From NCBI GenBank assembly GCA_023247935.1, contig JAHFFM010000001.1, positions 19,353 through 57,864 on the forward strand: a stretch of DNA of 38,512 nt. The letters are read 5' to 3'. Under the pieces are notes generated by a model that was not told where the DNA came from, searched no databases, and saw nothing but the letters and a program-made list of their open reading frames with translations. The stretch is from Candidatus Omnitrophota bacterium. GTDB taxonomy: Bacteria > Omnitrophota > Gorgyraeia > 2-02-FULL-51-18. The position numbers and the translations under genes were made by a program. Shown here one piece after another: positions 1 through 7,314 of the stretch (position 1 is the first letter of the stretch; the number at the start of each line of letters is the position of its first letter).

Positions 1-285
1 TAAATCATGATTTTTTTTCTTAAGCTCATCCAATTCCTTGACCATCGCCTCTTCCTTGGTGAGAACCTGTGAAATTTTCTTGGTGTCCTGATACTTTAGG
101 AAAGCCAAAACCGCGACGGCGGCCACCACCGTGGCAATCAGTGGGATTACTATTTTGGATGGAAAGGATCCAAGTTTTGGAGTTTTTGGTGTCGTCTTTA
201 AGGGCTCTGAGGGCTGCATTTTCTCTCTGAGCATCTCTTTAAACTCTTCCGGTTTTGAGGGGTCTTGAATAGGGTCGTCGGTCAT
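1..285 (-). CDS. Partial CDS (3' end beyond window): small bitopic membrane protein with charged, coiled-coil-like tail; function unknown
   Basis: Absent from the supplied ORF track. Hand translation of the reverse strand from ATG 283-285 gives MTDDPIQDPSKPEEFKEMLREKMQPSEPLKTTPKTPKLGSFPSKIVIPLIATVVAAVAVLAFLKYQDTKKISQVLTKEEAMVKELDELKKKNHDL, with no stop before position 1. One hydrophobic helix (IVIPLIATVVAAVAVLAFL). The ATG overlaps the secretin stop (ATGA at 282-285). Confidence 0.55.
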   Translation of the reverse strand, partial: MTDDPIQDPSKPEEFKEMLREKMQPSEPLKTTPKTPKLGSFPSKIVIPLIATVVAAVAVLAFLKYQDTKKISQVLTKEEAMVKELDELKKKNHDL

Positions 286-2108
286 GGCCTACCCGCGCCT
301 CCTTTAGAAGGGGTTGTCGGGGGTGCTACCGCGGCGCCCGGCGGAGGAGGCGGCACATCGTAATCCGCGTAACTCATCAGCGAGGTGTCTCCCACGGGTG
401 GCGTTCCGGATCCTGTCACATCCACCAAGGTATCCCCATAAACAATATGCGGCGTCAAAAGAATTAGGAGTTCGCTGTGAACATTGGTCTTTGTGGAGGA
501 GTTGAATGGTCCTCCGATAAACGGCAAGTCTCCAAGAAAAGGCACTTTTTTGCGGCTCTCCGTGCTTTCATCTTTTTTTAGACCGCCGATAATAATGGAA
601 ACTCCGTCCTGAACCATCACGGTCGTTTCCGCGAGCGAACTGTCAATGATCGGAATTTTATTCCCGGAAGGCGTCGTCAGAAATTCAGCGACGCTGGAGA
701 TTTCAGGTTTGATTTTCATGGTCACAAAACCATCATCGTTGATGGTCGGAGTCACGGCCAGCTGAATACCCACGTCAATAAAGGTCACGGATTCGGCCGT
801 GGTGGTTGAATTGGAGCCGGTCGTGGTGGTAGTGGTCACATACGCCTGCTTTTCACCGACGTGAATTTTGGCTTCTTGATTATTCACCACCGCCAATTTG
901 GGATTGGAGAGAATGCGGGTATCCCCCATTGTCTTTAAAAAATTAACGAGCACTTCGAAGGCATCGTCGCCATCCACACGACCAAACACGAGATTTTCTG
1001 TGAGGGTGCTCTTGCTTCCGGCCGTCGGATTCGCGTCTGTCGGCTGAATAGTCGTAAAATTATCAATGAAAGACTCGCCGGTTCTGACAACCGGGCTAAA
1101 AGGGTGATTTCCTAAAAACTGGGTGCCGTATCTTGTCATGCGGGTGAAAATACCTTCCCACTTGATCTCGGCATTTAGTCCGTTATTGATAGTCACTTTA
1201 ATAACTTTCGCGTCAATGAGAACTTCCTTGGTTTTTTGATCCAGCGCCTTCACCACTTCATCGATTTCCTGCATGCGCTCCGGCAATGTTTCCACAATCA
1301 CCTGATTGGTGCGTTCATCCGCTGTAACCGTTCCAACTTTTTTATTGTCCAAGCGCGTCTTCAAACGGGTTTCCACTTCCAGCGCCTTGGCATATTTCAA
1401 ATTATACACCTTTACCGTCTTTTTTTGCTCCAACGCCGTAAGTGCTTCTTCCATGCGTGAAATATTTTGAGGGGCGTCCATGACCAACACGGTGCCGGAC
1501 TCCGGATCCACCAACAGACGTCCGATTTCACTCTTAAGCACTTCGAAAAGCGCGAACGCTTGTTCCGGGATCGCGTAACGAAGTTTGAATATTTTCACTT
1601 TTCGAGTGTCCGAAAATTTTCGTCCGTACCGTTCCTTATAAGCGGCTTCCGTCATCACATAATAAACGTCCCCTATCTTTTCATAGGCCAAGGCGTTGGA
1701 AACCAAAACAATGTCTAGAATATCCCTGATCGGAACATTATTTAAAAGAAGTTGGACACGACCTGTGACGGTTTTATCGATCGCCAGATTTAAACCGCCC
1801 TTGAGCGCCAAAAACCTTAGCGCGTCGGCCACATCGATATTTCTTAAATCCAAGGATACCTTTTCTTCAATCCCGGCGGAACCGGCTGTTAACTGCTGAT
1901 CCATCGGCGCGGCCTCTCCGGCGCTGGAAGCATCCGTCGCTTCTTCACCGACAGGACTAAAAGAACCGGCTGGCTGAGACTCTTCCGCAGGCGCGCTGGA
2001 ATCTGCGTCTTCCGCCAAAGCCACTCCGCAACCAATATAAGAAGCAGACAGGACAATCAACAGAAACATTGAGCAACCTTTTTTGAAGGAAAATTGATCG
2101 AGGATCAT
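282..2108 (-). CDS. Secretin (PilQ/MshL/GspD superfamily outer-membrane channel)
   Basis: 608-aa ORF. N-terminal signal sequence (KK...MFLLIVLSASYIGCGVALA). N0/STN-like block (VSLDLRNIDVADALRFLALKGGLNLAIDKTVTGRVQLLLNNVPIRDILDIVL). Two secretin_N-like repeats (VKIFKLRYA..., VKVYNLKYAKALEV...). Canonical C-terminal secretin core (LSNPKLAVVNNQEAKIHVGEKQAYV ... KVPFLGDLPFIGGPFNSSTKTNVHSELLILLTPHIV). Pro/Gly/Ala-rich C-terminal tail. Confidence 0.9.
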   Translation of the reverse strand: MILDQFSFKKGCSMFLLIVLSASYIGCGVALAEDADSSAPAEESQPAGSFSPVGEEATDASSAGEAAPMDQQLTAGSAGIEEKVSLDLRNIDVADALRFLALKGGLNLAIDKTVTGRVQLLLNNVPIRDILDIVLVSNALAYEKIGDVYYVMTEAAYKERYGRKFSDTRKVKIFKLRYAIPEQAFALFEVLKSEIGRLLVDPESGTVLVMDAPQNISRMEEALTALEQKKTVKVYNLKYAKALEVETRLKTRLDNKKVGTVTADERTNQVIVETLPERMQEIDEVVKALDQKTKEVLIDAKVIKVTINNGLNAEIKWEGIFTRMTRYGTQFLGNHPFSPVVRTGESFIDNFTTIQPTDANPTAGSKSTLTENLVFGRVDGDDAFEVLVNFLKTMGDTRILSNPKLAVVNNQEAKIHVGEKQAYVTTTTTTGSNSTTTAESVTFIDVGIQLAVTPTINDDGFVTMKIKPEISSVAEFLTTPSGNKIPIIDSSLAETTVMVQDGVSIIIGGLKKDESTESRKKVPFLGDLPFIGGPFNSSTKTNVHSELLILLTPHIVYGDTLVDVTGSGTPPVGDTSLMSYADYDVPPPPPGAAVAPPTTPSKGGAGRP

Positions 2109-2800
2109 CTCAGCTCAAACTCCTGTCCGTCATAACTCAAAATCACGTGGTCTTTGAAAATCGCTTCTACCTTCACGGAATCTCCGACCATCTGTCCCCG
2201 CTTCACAAAAAAAGTTTTTTGCTTGGTCTTGTCCTCAATAATCACATCCGGATTTTGAGACCAGGAAATACCGACCAGCGATAAGCTGTTCTTGATGGGA
2301 TTGTCCTGAGAAACGGCTTCTTTTTTGGTTTCTTTTTTGGCCGCCAGACCGCCTTCTTTAAAAATATCCCGGGAGCTGACTTTTTGAAGATAATACGCGG
2401 AATCCTTTAAGGAAGAAGCTGGGGTCGACTCCGCCGCCATGGATGTTTCTTTTTGGAAATTAAAATTAGGGGATTTTTGAAGGCTGAGCGCGGAAGCGAC
2501 CGTGTCCCCGGCCACATACACCAGAAGACAAAACGCGACCACTGCCAGAAGAATATTGAAACGCTTCAAATCAAAGCGTTGGCGTGAAGCGGTGATTTTT
2601 TTGGCGGTGCTTCTTTTTAAAAATGAAAAGCGGCCGAACAAAGCTCCGCGAAGCGCGCCCAAGGACAAAAAGCTCTTGCCGGCACGATCCAGCTTCGCCC
2701 CTTGAATTTTAACATTCAAAGAAGGCGACTGCTCGTCTTTGGACTGTTCAATCAGCTTTAGAAGCTGCTTTTCTGGAGTAAGCTGTCCGCCGTCTGCCAT
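2105..2800 (-). CDS. Bitopic inner-membrane protein with PilP/GspC-HR-like C-terminal beta-domain (putative secretin-docking protein)
   Basis: 231-aa ORF starting at ATG 2798-2800. Single TM helix (FNILLAVVAFCLLVYVAG). The C-terminal ~60 aa (LSLVGISWSQNPDVIIEDKTKQKTFFVKRGQMVGDSVKVEAIFKDHVILSYDGQEFEL) follow the L.L.G......A.I.......V..G..V.G..V..I....V.L...G....L pattern of GspC-HR/PilP domains. 43-nt overlap with the upstream ATPase gene; ATGA overlap with the secretin gene. Confidence 0.55.
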   Translation of the reverse strand: MADGGQLTPEKQLLKLIEQSKDEQSPSLNVKIQGAKLDRAGKSFLSLGALRGALFGRFSFLKRSTAKKITASRQRFDLKRFNILLAVVAFCLLVYVAGDTVASALSLQKSPNFNFQKETSMAAESTPASSLKDSAYYLQKVSSRDIFKEGGLAAKKETKKEAVSQDNPIKNSLSLVGISWSQNPDVIIEDKTKQKTFFVKRGQMVGDSVKVEAIFKDHVILSYDGQEFELR

Positions 2801-3630
2801 CCCGCGTGTACCTCATCCTCGATTATGCCTTTGACAATCTCGCGATCCACCACGAGTTTGTTTTTAAGCAGCATTTCTTTCAAAGCCCGGTGACACATCA
2901 TCGTCACTTTTCTCGGGTAACCATGGGTAAATTGATAGATCTCGCGGAGCGCTTCCTCCAAAAAGAGATCCATCTTCGACTGGTAACCCGCCTGCTTGAT
3001 GCGAAAATAAATCATTTCTTTCATTTCCGTATAATCTAAGGGGCTTAAAAGGGTTTTAAAGCTGATGCGATCCAGGAAATTAGGGATCCCGCGCAGGGTT
3101 TGCATGAGCTCGCTCTGACCCAACAGCACCAATTGCAGTAATTTAAACTGATTGGTCTCATAATTTAAAAGAACGCGTAGCGCCTCCAGGGATATTTCGT
3201 TCAGCTTCTGAGCTTCATCGATGATCAGGATCACCGTCTTATTTTCAACGATGCCCTTCTGAAAAAGAAAGCGTTCCAGCTTTTCGCGCAGTTCCGTGAT
3301 AGTAAAAGGTTGGGCGGGCGGCTCTCCGATAATCCCAAAATTGCGAACCAGGGACTGCAAAAAGAGCGCATTGGACTCAAACACCGGATCCAGCATGATA
3401 TGAAAGAGACAGTCTTCCCTCATCTTGAGATCCTGGATCAATTTTCTTGAGAGTGTGGTCTTGCCGGTTCCAACATCCCCCAACACGACGCTTAAGCCCC
3501 GTTTTAAACGAAGCTCGATCAGAACATTGGTCAGCGCGCGTTCATGTTCGCGGGAGGAATAAAAAAATTCAGGATCGGGGCTTGTGGAAAACGGCTCTTT
3601 GTCGAATCCTAAAATCCGGTAGTAGCTCAT
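2758..3630 (-). CDS. ExeA/GspA/MshM-like AAA ATPase (ATPase domain only)
   Basis: 290-aa ORF. Walker A LGDVGTGKTTL and Walker B TVILIIDEAQ. The opening (YRILGFDKEPFSTSPDPEFFY) and LLLGQSEL blocks are typical of ExeA/MshM and of the PEP-CTERM-locus secretion ATPases. No TM or peptidoglycan-binding extension. The ATG follows the MerR-like gene stop directly (TAA-ATG). Confidence 0.85.
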   Translation of the reverse strand: MSYYRILGFDKEPFSTSPDPEFFYSSREHERALTNVLIELRLKRGLSVVLGDVGTGKTTLSRKLIQDLKMREDCLFHIMLDPVFESNALFLQSLVRNFGIIGEPPAQPFTITELREKLERFLFQKGIVENKTVILIIDEAQKLNEISLEALRVLLNYETNQFKLLQLVLLGQSELMQTLRGIPNFLDRISFKTLLSPLDYTEMKEMIYFRIKQAGYQSKMDLFLEEALREIYQFTHGYPRKVTMMCHRALKEMLLKNKLVVDREIVKGIIEDEVHAGWQTADSLLQKSSF

Positions 3631-3882
3631 TTATAAGCTCCCCTTTTCTCTGGCGACGATCTTTTTACGGATAAGCCTTAGAGGATAACCCTCATTCATC
3701 ATCTTAGAGATGAGGCTCAAGCGACCGCGGACTTCTTTGTCGCTGTACATGCGCTTATTGCCTTCGCGCTTGATAATGGAAAGAAATCCCAGATCCGTAT
3801 AATGATTGATTGTCGGATAAGGAACTTTATATTTTTTGGAGATGTCTTTGGCCGTCACCAGACTGCCGTTTTTTTCCGTCAT
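3631..3882 (-). CDS. MerR-family helix-turn-helix DNA-binding protein (short, no obvious effector domain)
   Basis: 83-aa ORF. VTAKDISKKYKVPYPTINHYTDLGFLSIIKREGNKRMYSDKEVRGRLSLISKMMNEGYPLRLIRKKI matches the MerR HTH-wing-coil pattern (..RyY...GL......g.R.Y......L..I......G..l..I). GAGGA Shine-Dalgarno at 3886-3890. Confidence 0.75.
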   Translation of the reverse strand: MTEKNGSLVTAKDISKKYKVPYPTINHYTDLGFLSIIKREGNKRMYSDKEVRGRLSLISKMMNEGYPLRLIRKKIVAREKGSL

Positions 3883-3897
3883 ACATCCTCGCTCGTA

Positions 3898-3952
3898 AAA
3901 CCTCTCTAAGCATTGGGGTACTTTCAGTAGTTACTGGAAGTACTAGAGGTTT
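3898..3952 (-). promoter_or_regulatory. Nested inverted repeats in the leader/operator region of the MerR-ATPase-secretin operon
   Basis: Inner 26-nt palindrome GTACTTTCAGTAGTTACTGGAAGTAC (3918-3943): 12-nt arms, one mismatch, 2-nt centre. It is flanked by an 8-bp inverted repeat, AAACCTCT (3898-3905) and AGAGGTTT (3945-3952). The element lies between the predicted -10 box and the Shine-Dalgarno. Confidence 0.45.
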
Positions 3953-3956
3953 CAAA

Positions 3957-3984
3957 AGTGTAGCATATGCCGCATAATAGTCAA
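3957..3984 (-). promoter_or_regulatory. Candidate sigma70-type promoter for the MerR/ATPase/secretin operon
   Basis: Minus strand reads TTGACT (3984-3979), a 16-nt spacer, then TACACT (3962-3957). The spacer contains the palindrome TATGC-G-GCATA (3966-3976 on the plus strand). Motif match only. Confidence 0.35.
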
Positions 3985-4125
3985 GCACAATATAAGCCTG
4001 TTAAAACCTAATTAAAATTTAAAACGATTGGAAATACTAGATATGGGGTCTGCGGAGGTCGGAGGTAGATGGAATAGTGGAAATATTAATAGATAAAATA
4101 TTTAGATTAAGGGCTTACGAGGGGG

Positions 4126-5598
4126 CTACCTTCGCCCAAAATCGTCTTCTAGTCGCGTAATATCATCTTCGCCCAAATAGTCTCCTAGCTGGACTTCAAT
4201 TAAAGCCAAAGGTTCATTTCCCGTGTTATGCAGACGATGAATCGTCCCACGGGGAACATCCAGATAAGATCCTCGGGCGATAGGCCATTCTTTTTTTCCG
4301 ATCGTCGCCATTCCCTGACCTTGAACAACCACCCAGCGCTCGTCACGTTGAGCGTGTTTTTGCAGACTGAAACGAAGACCGGGTTCCACTTGAATTTTCT
4401 TTACTTGAAAATCAGGCCCCTTCGCAAGCACTTCATAGCCACCCCAAGGCCGACGTTCCTGTGCACTGGCCTCTCGATGAGCTTTAAAGCGTGCTAGCTT
4501 TTCTAAAACCTGCTGGCGCCGGGCAGCGTAGACTTCCAGAAACGCGATCACCCCAATAATCGACATAAAAATCAACCCGACCAAGGTCGCTCCAAAAGCA
4601 CTCACCTGAGTGGTTGAAATAGCCACCAAACCCAGAGTCACGGAAATAAAGTAAGAAAAAATCACGGCAATGCGGTCACTCATCCCCATCTTGACCAGAC
4701 GATGGGCAAAGTGATTGCGATCCCCCTTCCAGGGAGCCAGGCGACGTATCAAGCGAACCACAATCACAGAGGCGGTGTCATAAATCGGCACTCCGAAGAT
4801 CAGTACCGGTATAAAGGAAGTGATGTGGTGCAGTTGATCCCCTTGATAGTGGCAGAGCAGGGTAAACGCGGATAGCATGTACCCGATGAATTGGCTGCCA
4901 TTATCCCCCAGAAAAATACTTGCCGGCCTGAAATTTCTTATTAAAAACCCGGCCAAAACGCCCGCGAAGGTGATGAGAAAAAAACCTACCATCGCCTGAT
5001 CAATGATCTGGGTGATCCAAAAAAATGTCAGCGCGGAAATCAACGCCACCCCCGCGCAATGCCCGTCCAGTGAATCAATAAAATTAAAAGCGTTGATAAT
5101 CAAAAGAACCCAGATAAAAGTAATCACATCCCCCCAAAACCCTAGGTTCTGGATAAAGTTGATGGTGAGTCCCGAGTGAAGAAGAATAAAAACAGCGAGG
5201 AATTGCCCAGCAAGCTTTTGAAGCGGAGACAACGTGAATTTGTCATCAATAAGCCCTGTCAGAAAAATAACCAGGCTCCCCAAAAAGATAGTCATGACTT
5301 TGGGAGTCAGGGAGAGGATGTGCGTCAGAACAGGCCATTGGACATCAAAAATGCCCCGACCTAAGAAATAGGCTGCGCCGATCCCGGTAAAAACCACTCC
5401 CCAGAACGAGACAAAAATAGCGGCGCCCCCCAGAAGAGGCATGGGCTTGGTGTGCCGCTTGCGATCCGTCGGATGATCTAAAAACCCGTAGGAATGCGAA
5501 AGTTTGATGCCCACCCAAGAAAAAAAACTGCACAAGACAAAAGCGTACCCAAAAATAAAAAAATTCTTGAATAAGGACGTCCAAAAATATTCGCTCAT
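4126..5598 (-). CDS. Fusion: WecA/MraY-family polyprenyl-phosphate HexNAc-1-phosphate transferase (N-terminal, about 11 TM) plus ManC-type (type II phosphomannose isomerase-like) cupin domain (C-terminal ~115 aa)
   Basis: GT4-family membrane motifs: GLIDDKFTLSP, INAFNFIDSLDGHCAG, IFLGDNGSQFIGYML, GDRNHFAHRL. The C-terminus RPWGGYEVL...VKKIQVEPGLRFSLQKHAQRDERWVVVQGQG...VPRGTIHRLHNTGNEPLALIEVQLGDYLGEDDITRLEDDFGR is near-consensus for the ManC C-terminal cupin. The track start at 5604 is a TTG; I prefer the in-frame ATG at 5596-5598 (MSEYFW...). Confidence 0.85.
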   Translation of the reverse strand: MSEYFWTSLFKNFFIFGYAFVLCSFFSWVGIKLSHSYGFLDHPTDRKRHTKPMPLLGGAAIFVSFWGVVFTGIGAAYFLGRGIFDVQWPVLTHILSLTPKVMTIFLGSLVIFLTGLIDDKFTLSPLQKLAGQFLAVFILLHSGLTINFIQNLGFWGDVITFIWVLLIINAFNFIDSLDGHCAGVALISALTFFWITQIIDQAMVGFFLITFAGVLAGFLIRNFRPASIFLGDNGSQFIGYMLSAFTLLCHYQGDQLHHITSFIPVLIFGVPIYDTASVIVVRLIRRLAPWKGDRNHFAHRLVKMGMSDRIAVIFSYFISVTLGLVAISTTQVSAFGATLVGLIFMSIIGVIAFLEVYAARRQQVLEKLARFKAHREASAQERRPWGGYEVLAKGPDFQVKKIQVEPGLRFSLQKHAQRDERWVVVQGQGMATIGKKEWPIARGSYLDVPRGTIHRLHNTGNEPLALIEVQLGDYLGEDDITRLEDDFGRR

Positions 5599-5705
5599 TG
5601 TCAATTTAGTTTAGACTCATTTGATTTTTCATCGGCACAACCCATGTATAGCCATTTGACCCGCGAAAAGCAATAAAAAAAGAAGCTTTCGAGCATTCCA
5701 ACCGC

Positions 5706-7292
5706 TTAAACGGTATAAATCCAGTACTGCTTCGTCTGGCCACTAGTCTCCGGAGCCTGCTCCCCAAGAGCCGGAACCCGCCGGTTGGAAACAATAATTC
5801 GGATATTTTTACTTCTCATGACATTAAGAACCGAGTCGTTCACTTTCGGATTGGCGCATGGATAAATTTGAGCAGCTATTTCAACTCTAGCCAAACGAGC
5901 CCAGTACTGCAGATAAATATTTTTGCCACAATAAGCGACTTTAGACCCCGGCTCAATCCCCATCTCTTGGATCTTTTTTGCCGTGTCCGTTTGAAGTTGT
6001 TGATCCGCGCGAGGCAAAAACAGTTTCACCCAATTTTTTGAAAGGGACGCGGTTGTTAAAAAAATAAAAACGGCCATCGCCGCCAGAAACGCTTTTTTTT
6101 GGGATGCGGTATCCATTTGAGCTAAGAGTAAGAAAATTCCGATATAAAACAAAGCGGCGAACGGCGCCATGTACCTTCCCTCCACCAACAAAAACAGGTA
6201 CGGAAGAGTTCCTGCGGCACTCAAAAGAAAAATAGGGAGAACAGAGCGTAATCTTTTAACCAGAAAACCGGCAGGAACAAAAAAAACGAGGCTTAAAATC
6301 GGCAGCGAGTACGGAAAGAAAAAATAACTGGATAGAAATTGGCAATTTCTCGCGAGTGCCCCTAATTGCTTTCTAAGATTAAAGGTAACGGTCGGATTTT
6401 GCCAGGAAGGATCGTAATGCCATGGGAAAGTGACTCTCCGCTTAACTGTCGGAGGTACCTGAAATTCAAAAACATTGCAAGGTTTGCTGAGAAGTTTCTC
6501 ATGGATGATAGGAATCTTGTGCGCTCCTCCAACAAACCAGGCATAATTCGCAGCGCCAGTTGTTCCCATCGAAAATTTCCCGCTCTGCTTGCTAATCGAA
6601 TAAACATACGGAAATAACACGCTTGAAAACACCAAGAGCAGGATGGCGACGCGGATCACTCTCTTGAAAAATGAGAATTGTCTATCCAATAAAAAAATAA
6701 TGGTAAAGGCAGCCGTTATAAAAAGCATAATCGGCTTGGTCAAAAATCCAAACCCCAAAACGATCCCAAGTAAAATAGGCCAAAAAATGGATTTTCTACC
6801 GGAAGCAATCCAAAGCAAAAGGAGAACCGCTAAATAAACGAAAAAACTGACGAGAAGATCGGGAGTCGGTAAATCAACGGGAGTCGCTTTGAAGGTGGTC
6901 CAAGCAAAAAGAAAATAACCGAAAAGCTTTGTATAGAAACAAAATTTTTCTGTCGCCGGAAATAGTCCACGCCACCATTGAATCAAAACACGCATCAAAA
7001 AAACAAAAACAATCGCCGTCATTACCAGCGTGAAAAAATTAAAAGCGCTGATCGTCCAAAACTCAAAATCGATGGGAGGTCTCGCCCACTTCTGAATGAA
7101 ACCTAAAATAAAAGAATAAAGAAAACTCCAGTAAGCATTGATGGGATGGTGACTTCCTCCAAAAAAATACATCTCCCCCACATCCAAATAAGCGATACCG
7201 TCTGGATAGGTCAGATTGTTTCCAATTAATAAAAGCTGAGTAGCCGCTATCGCTAATGAGAAAAATAAAAACAACACATCGGTAAGATCCAT
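5706..7292 (-). CDS. Polytopic GT-C-fold glycosyltransferase-like membrane protein (ArnT/PMT, GT39/GT83-like)
   Basis: About 12 predicted TM helices. Early acidic loop (YPDGIAYLDVGEMY), GFGFLTKPIMLF block and a C-terminal soluble tail. Start moved to ATG 7290-7292 (MDLTDVLFLFF...), because the track start at 7421 would overlap the upstream flavoenzyme gene by 107 nt. Confidence 0.6.
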   Translation of the reverse strand: MDLTDVLFLFFSLAIAATQLLLIGNNLTYPDGIAYLDVGEMYFFGGSHHPINAYWSFLYSFILGFIQKWARPPIDFEFWTISAFNFFTLVMTAIVFVFLMRVLIQWWRGLFPATEKFCFYTKLFGYFLFAWTTFKATPVDLPTPDLLVSFFVYLAVLLLLWIASGRKSIFWPILLGIVLGFGFLTKPIMLFITAAFTIIFLLDRQFSFFKRVIRVAILLLVFSSVLFPYVYSISKQSGKFSMGTTGAANYAWFVGGAHKIPIIHEKLLSKPCNVFEFQVPPTVKRRVTFPWHYDPSWQNPTVTFNLRKQLGALARNCQFLSSYFFFPYSLPILSLVFFVPAGFLVKRLRSVLPIFLLSAAGTLPYLFLLVEGRYMAPFAALFYIGIFLLLAQMDTASQKKAFLAAMAVFIFLTTASLSKNWVKLFLPRADQQLQTDTAKKIQEMGIEPGSKVAYCGKNIYLQYWARLARVEIAAQIYPCANPKVNDSVLNVMRSKNIRIIVSNRRVPALGEQAPETSGQTKQYWIYTV

Positions 7293-7314
7293 TCCGCCGA
7301 TAGCACGGACAGAA

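Noticed and set aside
2010-2108. Possible lipobox (SYIG-C) that would make the secretin a self-piloting liposecretin
   Set aside because: The -3 residue (Tyr) does not fit the usual L/V/I lipobox. An equally good signal-peptidase I site (VALA-ED) follows five residues later. I cannot decide between them from sequence alone.
3985-4125. Search for a rho-independent terminator after the WecA-cupin gene, the direct repeat GGAGGT-C-GGAGGT (4034-4046), and a 17-codon plus-strand ORF starting at 4022
   Set aside because: I found no GC-rich stem followed by a U-tract on the minus strand. The mini-ORF has no Shine-Dalgarno and is too short to support. The GGAGGT duplication is only 6 nt.
5645-5673. 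Possible internal promoter TTGCTT-N17-TATACA (minus strand) in the 107-nt gap before the WecA-cupin gene, preceded by a T7 run
   Set aside because: The hexamer match is weak and no convincing hairpin precedes the T-run. Read-through from the upstream genes is equally likely. I did not list it as a feature.
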